From Ranitomeya imitator (lineage: Eukaryota), in contig NC_091286.1 of assembly GCF_032444005.1 (NCBI RefSeq), positions 521,420,001 through 521,484,000 of the forward strand: a stretch of 64,000 nt of DNA, given 5' to 3'. The notes beneath the pieces were generated by a model. It searched no databases, was not told the origin of the DNA, and saw nothing but the letters and a program-made list of their open reading frames with translations. Made by a program: the position numbers and the translations under genes. Positions 26,001-37,700 of this stretch are shown here, piece after piece; position 1 is the stretch's first letter, and each line of letters starts with the position of its first letter.

Positions 26001-27593
26001 AATTCCAACCCTAACCCTAAGGCTATGTGCCCACGTTGCGGATTCGTGTGAGATTTTTCAGCATCATTTTTGAAAAATCCGCGGGTAAAAGGCGCTGCGT
26101 TTTACCTGTGGATTTTCCGCAGATTTCCAGTGTTTTTTGTGCGGATTTCACCTGCGGATTCCTATTGAGAAATAGGTGTAAAACGCTGCGGAATCCGCAC
26201 AAAGAATTGACATGCTGCGGAAAATACAATGCAGCGTTTCCGCGTGGGATTTTCCGCACCATGGGCACAGCGGATTTGGTTTCCATATGTTTACATGGTA
26301 CTGTAAACCTGATGGAACACTGCTGCGAATCTGCAGCCAAATCCGCACCATGTGCACATAGCCTAATTCTAAAGGTATGTGCACACGCTGCGGAAAACGC
26401 TGCGGATCCGCAGCAGTTTCCCATGAGTTTACAGTTCAATGTAAACATATGGGAAACAAAAATCGCTGTACACATGCTGCGGAAAAACTGCACGGAAACG
26501 CAGCGGTTTAAATTCCGCAGCATGTCACTTCTTTGTGCGGATTCCGCAGCGGTTTTACAACTGCTCAAATAGAAAATCGCAGTTGTAAAACCGCAGTGAA
26601 ATGCTCAGAAAAAACGCGGTAAATCTGCCATAAATCTGCAGCGGTTTAGCACTGCGGATTTATCAAATCCGCAGCGGAAAAATCTGCAGAGGACCAGAAT
26701 ACGTGTGNNNNNNNNNNNNNNNNNNNNNNNNNNNNNNNNNNNNNNNNNNNNNNNNNNNNNNNNNNNNNNNNNNNNNNNNNNNNNNNNNNNNNNNNNNNNN
26801 NNNNNNNNNNNNNNNNNNNNNNNNNNNNNNNNNNNNNNNNNNNNNNNNNNNNNNNNNNNNNNNNNNNNNNNNNNNNNNNNNNNNNNNNNNNNNGGAAAAA
26901 AAAAAATTCTTTATTTTTTTTATTGTCCCTACCTATGAGGGTGTGGGGGGAGCATGGGGGGGGGGATCGGAGCATGGGGGGGTGAATCGGAGCGTGGGAG
27001 GGGTGGAACGGAGCACGGGGGGGTGGAACGGAGCACGGGTGGGTGGAACGGAGCACGGGGGGTGGAACGGAGCACGGAGGGGGGTGGATCGGAGTGCAGG
27101 GGGGTGATTGGAGCACAGGGAGGGTGATTGGAGCACGGGGGGAGCGGACTAGAGCACGGGGGGAGCGGAGCACAGGACGGAGGGGAGCCGGAGCAGTGTA
27201 CCGGACAGATCGGAGGTCCGGGGGGGCGATCGGTGGGGTGAGGGCACATTAGTGTTTCCAGCCATGGCCGATGATATTGCAGCATCGGCCATGGCTGGAT
27301 TGTAATATTTCACCAGTTATAATAGGTGAAATATTACAAATCGCTCTGATTGGCAGTTTCACTTTCAACAGCCAATCAGAGCGATCGTAGCCACGGGGGG
27401 GGGGGGGGGGTGATGCCACCCCCCCTGGGCTAAACTACCACTCCCCCTGTCCCTGCAGATCGGGTGAAATGGGAGTTAACCCTTTCACCCGATCTGCAGG
27501 GACGCGATCTTTCCATGACGCCACATAGGCGTCATGGGTCGGATTGGCACCGACTTTCATGACGCCTACGTGGCGTCAAAGATCAGGAAGGGG
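23086..27593. mobile_element. Chimeric element: left arm of C joined to right arm of B
   Basis: TTAA-CCCCTTAGTGAC (C-type end) ... GATCAGGAAGGGG-TTAA (B-type end). Satellite units switch from C-type to B-type at TGTGGGCAT (~24683-24691). Confidence 0.8.
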
Positions 27594-30144
27594 TTAACTA
27601 TTTTGTGTGACACAACTCTCTGATCTAAAGGCACAAAAATTAAATTTTGAAAATTGCTAAATTTTCTAACTTTTTGCAAGCTTCCATTTTTTTCATAAAT
27701 AAACACAAATCATATTAACCCCTTAGTGACAGAGCCAATTTGGTACTTAATGACCAGGCAAATTTTTGCAATTCTGACCACTGTCACTTTATGAGGTTAT
27801 AACTCTGGAACGCTTCAACGGATCGCGCTGATTCTGAGATTGTTTTTTCGTGACATATTGTACTTCATGTTATTGGTAACATTTCTTCGATATTACTTGC
27901 GATTATTTATGAAAAAAACGGAAATATGGCGAAAATTTTTAAAATTTTGCAATTTTCAAACTTTGTATTTTTATGCCCTTAAATCAGAGAGATATGTCAT
28001 AAAAAATAGTTAATAAATAACATTTCCCACATGTCTACTTTACATCAGCACAATTTTGGAAACAAAATTTTTTTTTGTTAGGGAGTTATAAGGGTTAAAA
28101 TTGACCAGCAATTTCTCATTTTTACAACACCATTTTTTTTTAGGGACCACATCACATTTGAAGTCATTTTGAGGGGTCTATATGATAGAAAATAATGAAG
28201 TGTGACACCATTCTAAAAACTACACCCCTCAAGGTTCTCAAAACCACATTCAAGAAGTTTATTAACCCTTTACGTGCTTCACAGGAACTGAAACAATGTG
28301 GAAGGAAAAAATGAACATTTAACTTTTTTTTGCAAACATCTTAATTCAGAACCATTTTTTTTATTTTCACAAGTGTAAAAACAGAAATGTAACCATAAAT
28401 TTTGTTATGCAATTTCTCCTGAATACGCCAATACCCCATATGTGGGGGTAAACCACTGTTAGGGCGCACCGCAGAACTTAGAAGTGAAGGAGCGCCGTTT
28501 GACTTTTTCAATGCAGAATTGGCTGGAATTGAGATCGGACACCATGTCACATTTAGAGAGCCCCTGATGTACCTAAACAGTGGAAACTCCCCACAAGTGA
28601 CACCATTTTGGAAACTAGACCCCTTAAGGAACTTATCTAGATGTGTGGTGAGCACTTTGAACCCCCAAGTGCTTCACAGAAGTTTATAACGTAGAGCCGT
28701 GAAAATAAAAAATCGCTTTTGTTTACACAAAAATGATCTTTTTGCCCACAAATTCTTATTTTCACAAGGGTAACAGGAGAAATTAGACCACAAAAGTTGT
28801 TGTGCAATTTCTCCTGAGTACGCTGATACCCAATATGTGGGGGTAAACAACTGTTAGGGCGCACCGCAGAGCTTGGAAGAGAAGGAGTGCCGTTTTACTT
28901 TTTCAATGTAGAATTGGCTGGAATTGAGATTGGACGCCATGTCGCGTTTGGAGAGCCCCTGATGTGCCTAAACAGTGGAAACCCCCCACAAGTGACACCA
29001 TTTTGGAAACTAGACCCCTTAAGGAATTTATCTAGATGTGTGGCGAGCACTTTGAACCCCCATGTGCTTCACAGAAGTTTATAACGTAGAGCCGTGAAAA
29101 AAAAAATTGCATTTTTTCTACAAAAATGATCTTTTTGCCCACAAATTTTTATTTTCACAAGGGTAACAGGAGAAATTAGACCACAAAAGTTGTTGTGCAA
29201 TTTCTCCTGAGTACGTCGATACCCAATATGTGGGGGTAAACCACTGTTTGGGCGCACCGCAGAGCTTGGAAGAGAAAGAGTGCCGTTTTACTTTTTCAAT
29301 GTAGAATTGGCTGGAATTGAGATCGGACGCCATGTTGCGTTTGGAGAGCCCCTGATGTGCCTAAACAGTAGAAATCCCCCACAAGCGACCCCATTTTGGA
29401 AACTAGACCCCCCATGGAACTTATCTAGATGTGTGGTGAGAACCTTGAATGCCCAAGTGCTTCACAGAAGTTTAGAATGCAGAGTCGTGAAAATAAAAAA
29501 TATTTTTTTTTCCACAAAAAAGATATTGTAGCCCCCAAGTTTTTATTTTCACAAGGGTAACAGGAGAAATTGGACTGCAATAGTTGTTGTCCAATTTATC
29601 CCGAGTACGCTGATGCACCATATGTGGCGGTAAACCACTGTTTGGGCGCACGGCAGAGCTCGGAAGGGAAGGAGCGCCTTTTTGGAATGCAGACTTTGAT
29701 AGAATGGTCTGTGGGCATTATGTTGCGATTGCAGAGCCCCTGATGTACCTAAACTGTAGTAACCCCCCACAAGTGACCCCATTTTGGAAACTAGACCCCC
29801 CAAGGAACTTATCTAGATGTGTGGTGAGAACTTTTAATGCCCAAGTGCTTCACAGAAGTTTAGAATGCAGAGTCGTGAAAATAAAAAATATTTTTTTTTT
29901 CACAAAAAAGATTTTGTAGCCCCCAAGTTTTTATTTTCACAAGGGTAACAAGAGAAATTGGACCCCAGAAGTTGTTGTCCAATTTATCCCGAGTACGCTG
30001 ATGCCCCATATGTGGGGGTAACCCACTGTTTGGGCGCACGGCAGAGCTCAGAAGGGAGGGAGCACCATTTGACTTTTTGAGCGCAAAATTGGCTGTCGTG
30101 TTTGGAGACCCCCTGATGTACCTAAACAGTGGAAACCCCCCAAT

Positions 30145-31410
30145 TCTAGCTCCAACCCTAACCCCAACACACCCCTAACCCGAATCCCAACCTCATCCAT
30201 AATCCTAATCACTAACCCTAACCATAATCACAACCCTTACCCCAAAACAACCCTAATGTCAACCCTAACCATAACCCTAATCAAAACCCTAAATCCAACA
30301 CACCCCTAATCCTAATCTCAACCCTAACCTCAAACCTAACCCTAATCCCAATACACCCCTAATCACAACCCTAACCTTAACCCTAATCCCAAACCTAACC
30401 CTAATCCCAAGCGTAACCCTAATGCCATCCCTAACCCTAATACGAACCCTAATCCAAACCCTAACCCTAATCCCAGCTCTAACCCTAACTTTAGCCCCAA
30501 CCCTAGCCCTAACTTTAGCCCCAACCCTAACCCTAGCCCTAGGGCTACTTTCACACTTGCGTCGTTTGGCATTCCGTCGCAATCCGTCGTTTTGGACAAG
30601 AAACGGATCCTGCAAATGTGCCCGCAGGATGCGTTTTTTGCCCATAGACTTGTATTGCCGACGTATCGTGACGGTTGGCCACACGTCGCGTCCGTCGTGC
30701 ACTGGATCAGTTGTGTTTTGACGGAGCGTCGGCAAAAAAAAAACGTTCAATGAAACGTTTCTTTGTACGTCGCATCCTCCATTTCTGACCGCGTATGCGT
30801 GGCCGTAACTCCGCCCCCTCCTCCCCAGGACATAGATTGGGCAGCGGATGTGTTGAAAAACTACAGCTGCTGCCCACGTTGTGCACAATTTTCACAACGT
30901 GCGTCGGTATGTCGGGCCGACGCATTGCGACGGCCCCGTACCGACGTAAGTGTGAAAGAAGCCTAACCCTAAGTTTAGCCCCAACCCTAACCCTAAATTT
31001 AGCCCCAACCCTANNNNNNNNNNNNNNNNNNNNNNNNNNNNNNNNNNNNNNNNNNNNNNNNNNNNNNNNNNNNNNNNNNNNNNNNNNNNNNNNNNNNNNN
31101 NNNNNNNNNNNNNNNNNNNNNNNNNNNNNNNNNNNNNNNNNNNNNNNNNNNNNNNNNNNNNNNNNNNNNNNNNNNNNNNNNNNNNNNNNNNNNNNNNNNN
31201 NNNNNNNNNNNNNNNNNNNNNNNNNNNNNNNNNNNNNNNNNNNNNNNNNNNNNNNNNNNNNNNNNNNNNNNNNNNNNNNNNNNNNNNNNNNNNNNNNNNN
31301 NNTAACCCTACCCCTAACCTAACCCTACCCCTACCCCTAACCCTACCCCTAACCTAACCCTAACCCTAACCCTACCCCTGACCCTAACCCTAACCCTAAC
31401 CCTACCCCTA
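30145..31410 (-). repeat. Telomere-like (CCCTAA)n tract in C, interrupted by a MITE and an N run
   Basis: Degenerate to near-perfect CCCTAA/CCCTAG/CCCTAC units. Confidence 0.9.
30543..30963. mobile_element. Harbinger-type MITE inside the telomere-like tract
   Basis: TAG-GGCTACTTTCACACTT ... AAGTGTGAAAGAAGCC-TAA. Confidence 0.8.
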
Positions 31411-33872
31411 ATTTTAGCCCCAACTGCTGTTCTCCTGCCGGCCGGCAGATGGAGACAGATGGCGGGCGCACTGGGCATGCGTCCGCCATGTTCTGCTGCC
31501 GGCGGCCAGGAGGAGCAGCAAGAGGATCCAGGGACCTAGGTGAGTATGCTAGGGTCCCCGAATCCCCCTATTTCTCTGTCCTCTGATGTGCGATCACATC
31601 AGAGGACAGAGAATTACACTTTACTTTTTTTTTTTTTTTTTTTTTTTTTGCGGTCGCCGGTAAACAGTTAATTACCGGCGATCGCAAAACAGGAGTCGGT
31701 AATACCGACCCCGATCGTGCTCTTTGGGGTCTCGGCTACCCCCGGCAGCCGAGACCCCAAAGATTCTCCCGGTGCCAGCCGGCGGGCGCACTGCGCATGC
31801 GCCCGCCATTTTGAAGATGGCGGCGCCCACCGGGAGACACGAGGAGCATCGGGGGAGCTAGGTGAGTATTGGGGGGCCACCTGGGACCCCTTTTCTCTGT
31901 CCTCCGATGTGCGATCACATCGGAGGACAGAGAAATTAAAAAGAGATCGCTTTTTTTTTTTTTTTTTTTTTGCGATCGCCGGTAAACGGTTAATTACCGG
32001 CGATCGCAAATGCGGGGTGGGTTAAAAAACCCCCGAATCATGTTCTCTGGGGTCTCGGCTACCCTCGGCAGCCGAGACCCCGGAGAAAATCGGCCTCTGG
32101 GGGGCGCTATGGACTTTTTCCACAGCGCCGTTAATTAACGGCGCTGTGGTTTAAGTACCCTTAGCGGCCGCCGTTAAAAGGCGTATCGGCGGTCGCTAAG
32201 GGGTTAAATAAGTTTTACCACTAACATAAATCACAATATGTCACGAAAAAACAGTCTCAGAATCAGTGGAATCCATTGAGCTATAACCTCATAAATTGAC
32301 AGTGGTCAGAATTGTAAAAATTGGCTTGGTCATTAAGTACAAAATTTGCTCAGTCACTACGAGGTTAAATTCATTACGAATCGAACATCCTGTGAAAAAA
32401 CACACGAACAAGCAAATTTGATATTTCCCTTATCAACACATCTCTAGTCACCACGTTTTTCCTACCTTATCTGAGAACTGATGTACTGTAGAGGCAGAGA
32501 CCATGATTGCAGTCAGGGCCAGACTGGGACTAAAATTCAGCCCTGGCATTTGAAGGTACATAGGCCCACTTGTCACATGGTGACTGTATAATATCTTTGT
32601 ACACTTGTAGGTTACAAGAAGTGAAGGAAGTGTAACATGATTTCATAACATATAATTACAGCTGTATCCAGCATTACAGCTCAGTCCTATTTATTGCTTT
32701 TAGTTGCAGTACCAAGAAAAGCCGCTACTTTATCTACATAACTGGATCTCGTAGATAATGAAGGGATGAGACAACCAAAGGCTATGGAACCTCATTCTGA
32801 TGCTCCATAAACGTTGCCTACAGCCACTTTTGGTTCCGCTGCGCAGCACGAGACCCGGTGACTCTGATGAGCGGTGACATCAGTAACGTCACCGCTCTTC
32901 CGATATTTCGGGTCTTGCGCTGAGCTCGGCGACTGTGAAGAGCGGTACTGTTACTTCCGTTTCCGCTCTTCAGAGTCGCTGGGTCTCACCATGACAGGAC
33001 TAGTAGTGGGGGTGTCTGATAGACACTTCTTCATTACTTACACCAGGGATTGATAGCAGCTGACATTGCGCAGCTGACATCAACCCTAAAAATCATTACA
33101 CATACCAGAATTAAATGCTTTGGTGGCTGGGAAAAGCAGTAGAGTTAGCGCTATTCCCAGGGTGCTAACTACAACTGTCATCATCCTTGCCTCATCTCCC
33201 TGTGAAGCATTTCTGCTGTATTTACATGCGCTGATCTCAGGCCGCTAAACGAGTGTGATCGACAATACTGAAGTCGTTCGCTTGTTTCCCGGCCTCTTTA
33301 CACCAACTGAGAAAGAATGAAGGGAACAGAACAATCACAATTAGATCAATCTGTCCCCATCCAGTATCATGTTATCAGCTTCACATCTACAGTTTACACA
33401 TGATAGAGACATGGATTATGGCATGGGACAGTATGTCAGACAGGTGAGGGATATAAACAACAAAAAAACTAGGCAACATATTAGCAGGGAATTTAAAGCA
33501 CTAAATAGCGCTGAAAAAACCCAAAGCCAAAAAGGCAAACTAACTCCATATAGATCATTGGAAGAAAGGAGTATAAACGGAGCAAAAGAATGATGCAAAA
33601 GGTAATTTATTAAACATATAGTGCATAAATATATACAAAAAGTACAAACAGGATGGTTAAAATTAGAGTGAGTCTCCACCAGCAAACACACTGCCAAGAG
33701 TCATTATCCCACATATAAGGTAGTAGTAGGGAAGTAGCCTAATGTGAACACCAAGTTACCGCTGTGGGTAACTAGTATACCCCCCACAGTGTAAAATACC
33801 CATAACCAGGCGGCGCTTACCACAAGAATATGCAGAGGCAGTGTGTACCGGGCAGGATTCAGTCCAGGGAAA

Positions 33873-33919
33873 CCCCGACGCGCGTTTCGCTGACGCAGAT
33901 GTTCGGCTTTCTCAAGGGG
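33873..33919 (-). ncRNA. Minimal type I hammerhead ribozyme motif in the 3' terminal repeat of the PLE
   Basis: Minus strand reads CCCC-UUGAGAA-AGC(loop)GC-GAAAC-GCGC-GUC-GGGG: stem I of 4 bp, U3/A8 core, palindromic loop 3, GUC cleavage triplet. Confidence 0.7.
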
Positions 33920-36900
33920 AAGTGCCCCAGAACAGGAAAGGACCCTTCAAATAGCGCGGACTCGGCAGCATGTGACAGATCACATGTAACGCCCCAGCCA
34001 ACTGCAGCCAGAATAGCGGAGCATGCGTGCCTGGGGAACCCCGTCCCACGTCAAAGACGGCGTCAGGTATCGCTCCGCCGCTGTGGGGAGGGGAAACCCC
34101 ACAGCGCCTGCACGAGACCACAGAGACGCCGCTCGGACGGGAACCAAGGGAACCAAAAGCCGCGCATGCGCACCCAAGCATGCCTGATCAAAATAAGTCA
34201 GCGGAGCGGGTGTATGCCTAAGTAAGCCCAAATGTGTGAATATAACCCATACGAACGTGCAGTACCCAGCGTAAAATGTATATTAGATACAGCCATGAGT
34301 ATTATAACAGACAATAATTAGCTAAAGGAGATGCCATAAGAATATAGTCCATGTAGTATCACATAAGCTGGGGAAACAGCACATATAATGCTTCCAACAT
34401 GTGACAGAATCCGTCCATAAGAGGTGTCCTAAGAGTCGGAGCAGGGTGGATGGAGAGAGTAAAACTAGAAATAATAAGACAAGAAATAAGTAAATGGATA
34501 AAAACAACAATAAAAACAGAAAAAATCCACACAGAGAACCCACGCATTGGGAACTCGAAAGTGGGCACGGGTCAGGAGATAATATCACATACACAAATGC
34601 TTAAAGGAGAACAAAGAGAAATTCTCTATACATATTAGGGTTTAGCCTAAAAAGGAAGAGAAGCTGAGGGACTCGTTAAGTCCAGTTGGGGTCATGGTGT
34701 TGAGGCGCACAATCCAAGCAGCTTCTCGTTGCGCTAGCACTTTTTTGTAATTCCCGCCTCTGACCCCAAGATGGACATAATCGATGCCTCTGACCTGAAG
34801 AGTCCCCGCGTCACAATCATGAAAGAGTTTAAAGTGACGGGGGAGTGCCTTCAGGTCAGAGTCATCAGTGGCCGTCCGTGCGGCACGGATGTCTCTAACA
34901 TGTTCCCGGACGCGTAGCCGAAGTTCTCTGGACGTAAGTCCCACATATATAAGAGAACATCCGCAGGTGGCATAATATATGACATTAGATGTACCACATG
35001 TAATGTGGTGTCTGATGTCATATACCCTGGAACCGAAGATTTAAAAGACAAAGTCCGTACCATATTGGTACAAGCCACACAATGACCACACTTGAAAGAG
35101 CCCAACAGTGGGCCCCTAGTACTAAATGGGTTCACAGTAGGAGGGACATAGTGACTCCGGACCAACAAGTTACCCAAGTTGGGGGATCTTCTAGCAGTCA
35201 TTGACGGAAATTCCCCCACAGCAGAAGCTAATGAGGGTTCCGTCAACAGGACCGACCAGTGTTTTCTTAAAATTTCCCGCATATTTGTCCACTCGTGATT
35301 ATACGTGGTAATAAACCGGACTCTATCTCCCTCTGTTTGTGTCTCCCGTTTACTAGTTTTTGGGTACAATAGGTCCCTCCGTGGTGTCCTTCTGGCTCTT
35401 TCAAACCCCCGTTTGATGGTCCTGTGGCTGTACCCACGTGCCTCAAAACGTCCCCTCAGGTCCTCCGCCTGTGCGAGGAATCTGTTGTCAGTAGAGCAAA
35501 TCCGTCTCATCCTCAGGAACTGTCCGACCGGGACAGCCCTGACAGTACTATAATTGTGTGCTGAACCTGCATGCAAGAGAGCGTTGACTGACGTCGACTT
35601 CCTGTAGACGTCCATCTGAATATGACGAGCATCATCAATCTCAAATGTAACATCCAGGAAGTCGATACGTTGGTCGTGAAATTGATATGTCAGTTTAATG
35701 TTAAGCTCATTATCATTAACCCCTTAATCCCATATGACGTACTATCCCGTCCAGGTGACCTGGGACTTAATTCCCAGTGACGGGATAGTACGTCATATGC
35801 GATCGGCCGCGCTCACGGGGGGAGCGCGGCCGATCGTGGCCGGGTGTCAGCTGCCTATCGCAGCTGACATCCGGCACTATGTGCCAGGAGCGGTCACGGA
35901 CCGCTCGCGGCACATTAACCCCCGGCACACCGCGATCAAAGATGATCGCTGTGTGCCGGCGGTGCAGGGAAGCATCGCGCAGGGAGGGGGCTCCCTGCGG
36001 GCTTCCCTGAGACGATCGGTACACGGTGATATACTCACCGTGTACCGAGCGTCTTCTCCCTGCAGTCCCCGGATCCAAAATGGCCGCCGGGCTGCATCCG
36101 GGTCCTGCAGGGAGCACTTCCGGGTCAGGATCAGGCTGCAGCTGCAGCTCTAATCCTGCCCGGCTGTATGTCAGATCACCGATCTAACAGAGTGCTGTGC
36201 ACACTGTCAGATTGGTGATCTGTGATGTCCCCCCCTGGGACAAAGTGAAAAAGAAAAAAAAAACAAATTCCTAAGTAAAGCAGAAAAAAAAATATTATTC
36301 CCATAAATACATTTCTTTATCTAAAAAAAAAACAAAAAAACAATAAAAGTACACATATTTAGTATCGCCGCGTCCGTAACGACCCGACCTATAAAACTGG
36401 CCCACTAGTTAACCCCTTCAGTGAACACCGTAAGAAAAAAAAAAAAAACGAGCCAAAAAAACAACGCTTTATTATCATAACGCTGAACAAAAAGTGGAAT
36501 AACACGCGAACAAAAAGACGGATATAAATAACCATGGTACCTCTGAAAACGTCATCTTGTCCTGCAAAAAACGAGCCGCCATATAGCATCATAACCAAAA
36601 AAATAAAAAAGTTATAGTCCTCAGAATAAAGCGATGCCAAAATAATTATTTTTTCTATAAAATAGCTTTTATCGTATAAAAGTGCCAAAACATAAAAAAA
36701 ATGATATAAATGAGGTATCGCTGTAATCGTACTGACCCGAAGAATAAAACTGCTTCATCAATTTTACCAAACGCGGAACGGTATAAACGCCTCCCCCAAA
36801 AGAATTTCATGATTAGCTGGTTTTTGGTCATTCTGCCTCACAAAAAATCGGAATAAAAAGCGATCAAAAACTGTCATGTGTCCAAAAATGTAACCGATAA

Positions 36901-37109
36901 AAACGTCAACTCGTCCCGCAAAAAACAAGACCTCACGTGACTCTGTGGACCAAAATATCGAAAAATTATAGGTCTCAAAATGTGGAGACGCAAAAATTTT
37001 TTTGCTATAAAAAGCGTCTTTTAGTGTGTGACGGCTGCCAATCATAAAAATCCGATATAAAAAACGCTATAAAAGTAAATCAAACCCCCCCTCATCACCC
37101 CCTTAGTTA

Positions 37110-37465
37110 GGCTAGGTTCACATTGCGTTAATGGGTTAACGCTAACGGACAGCGTGGCACGGCGAAAATGTCACAATTAACGCCGTGCAACGGGTCCGTT
37201 AGCACAACCATTGACAGCAATGTGATTTTCGGGTGTAGCGCATCGCTAGAGCGTGCCATTTTCGGCTCGCGCTAGCAAGGTGCCGTTCCTTTGTGGCGCG
37301 CCTCAGACGCTGCTTGCAGCGTCCGCGGCGCGCCCGAGGTCCGATCCCCGATCTTCCAGAGCGGGGACGTTAACGCGACCACTAAACACGACACCTAAAA
37401 AGACATTGCGTTAGCGCAATCCGCTAGCGCTAAACGGATTTCCCTAACGCAATGTGAACCTAGCC
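37110..37465. mobile_element. Harbinger-type MITE in D
   Basis: TTA-GGCTAGGTTCACATTGCGTT ... AACGCAATGTGAACCTAGCC-TTA. Confidence 0.88.
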
Positions 37466-37516
37466 TTAGGGAAAAATAATAAAATTAAAAAAAATGTATT
37501 TATTTCCATTTTCCCA

Positions 37517-37700
37517 TTAGGGTTAGGGCTAGGGTTAGGGTTAGGGCTAGGGTTAGGGCTAGGGTTAGGGTTAGGGTTTGGATTACATTTACGGTTGGGA
37601 TTAGGGTTGGGATTAGAATTAGGGGTGTGTCATGGTTAGGTGTGTGGTTAGGGTTACAGTTGGGATTAGGGTTAGGGGTGCGTTTGGATTAGGGTTTCAT
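37517..37700 (+). repeat. Telomere-like tract in D; ~10 clean TTAGGG/CTAGGG units, then degenerate
   Basis: TTAGGGTTAGGGCTAGGGTTAGGGTTAGGGCTAGGG... Confidence 0.92.

Larger units (their letters stand above)
20200..29100 (+). repeat. Tandem segmental duplication, period 4617-4633 bp
   Basis: Matching ORF-track entries at offsets of 4617 (21406/26023) and 4633 (23708/28341). Only scattered substitutions and homopolymer differences were seen. Confidence 0.92.
27719..32203. mobile_element. piggyBac-type non-autonomous element C, inserted in A
   Basis: TTAA-CCCCTTAGTGAC ... GTCGCTAAGGGG-TTAA. Arm, ~5 satellite units, telomere-like tract, GC-rich end containing two ~300-bp imperfect repeats. Confidence 0.85.
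15129..32364. mobile_element. piggyBac-type non-autonomous element A (outer host; own sequence ~1.7 kb at 15129-16528, 22965-23085, 32208-32364)
   Basis: TTAA-CCCCTTAATGAC ... GTCACTACGAGG-TTAA. The three pieces join into one arm that is colinear with the reverse complement of the B and C arms. Confidence 0.75.

Noticed and set aside
17130-30140. CRISPR-like array or repeated small gene in the periodic region (e.g. the recurring 89-aa MGSLVGGFYC... ORF)
   Set aside because: The whole 390-bp unit repeats with no unique spacers and no cas genes. The ORFs are by-products of the satellite and are broken in most units.
30145-31410. True telomere or chromosome-fusion site
   Set aside because: The tracts are short and degenerate, occur in both orientations, and always sit at the same position inside TTAA-flanked elements.
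32864-32910. Hammerhead ribozyme suggested by CTGATGA plus a hairpin (also at 7793 and 44011)
   Set aside because: The stem is followed by TCTT, not GAAA, and no stem I/III or NUH site can be formed. These are ordinary palindromes in MITE-like repeats.
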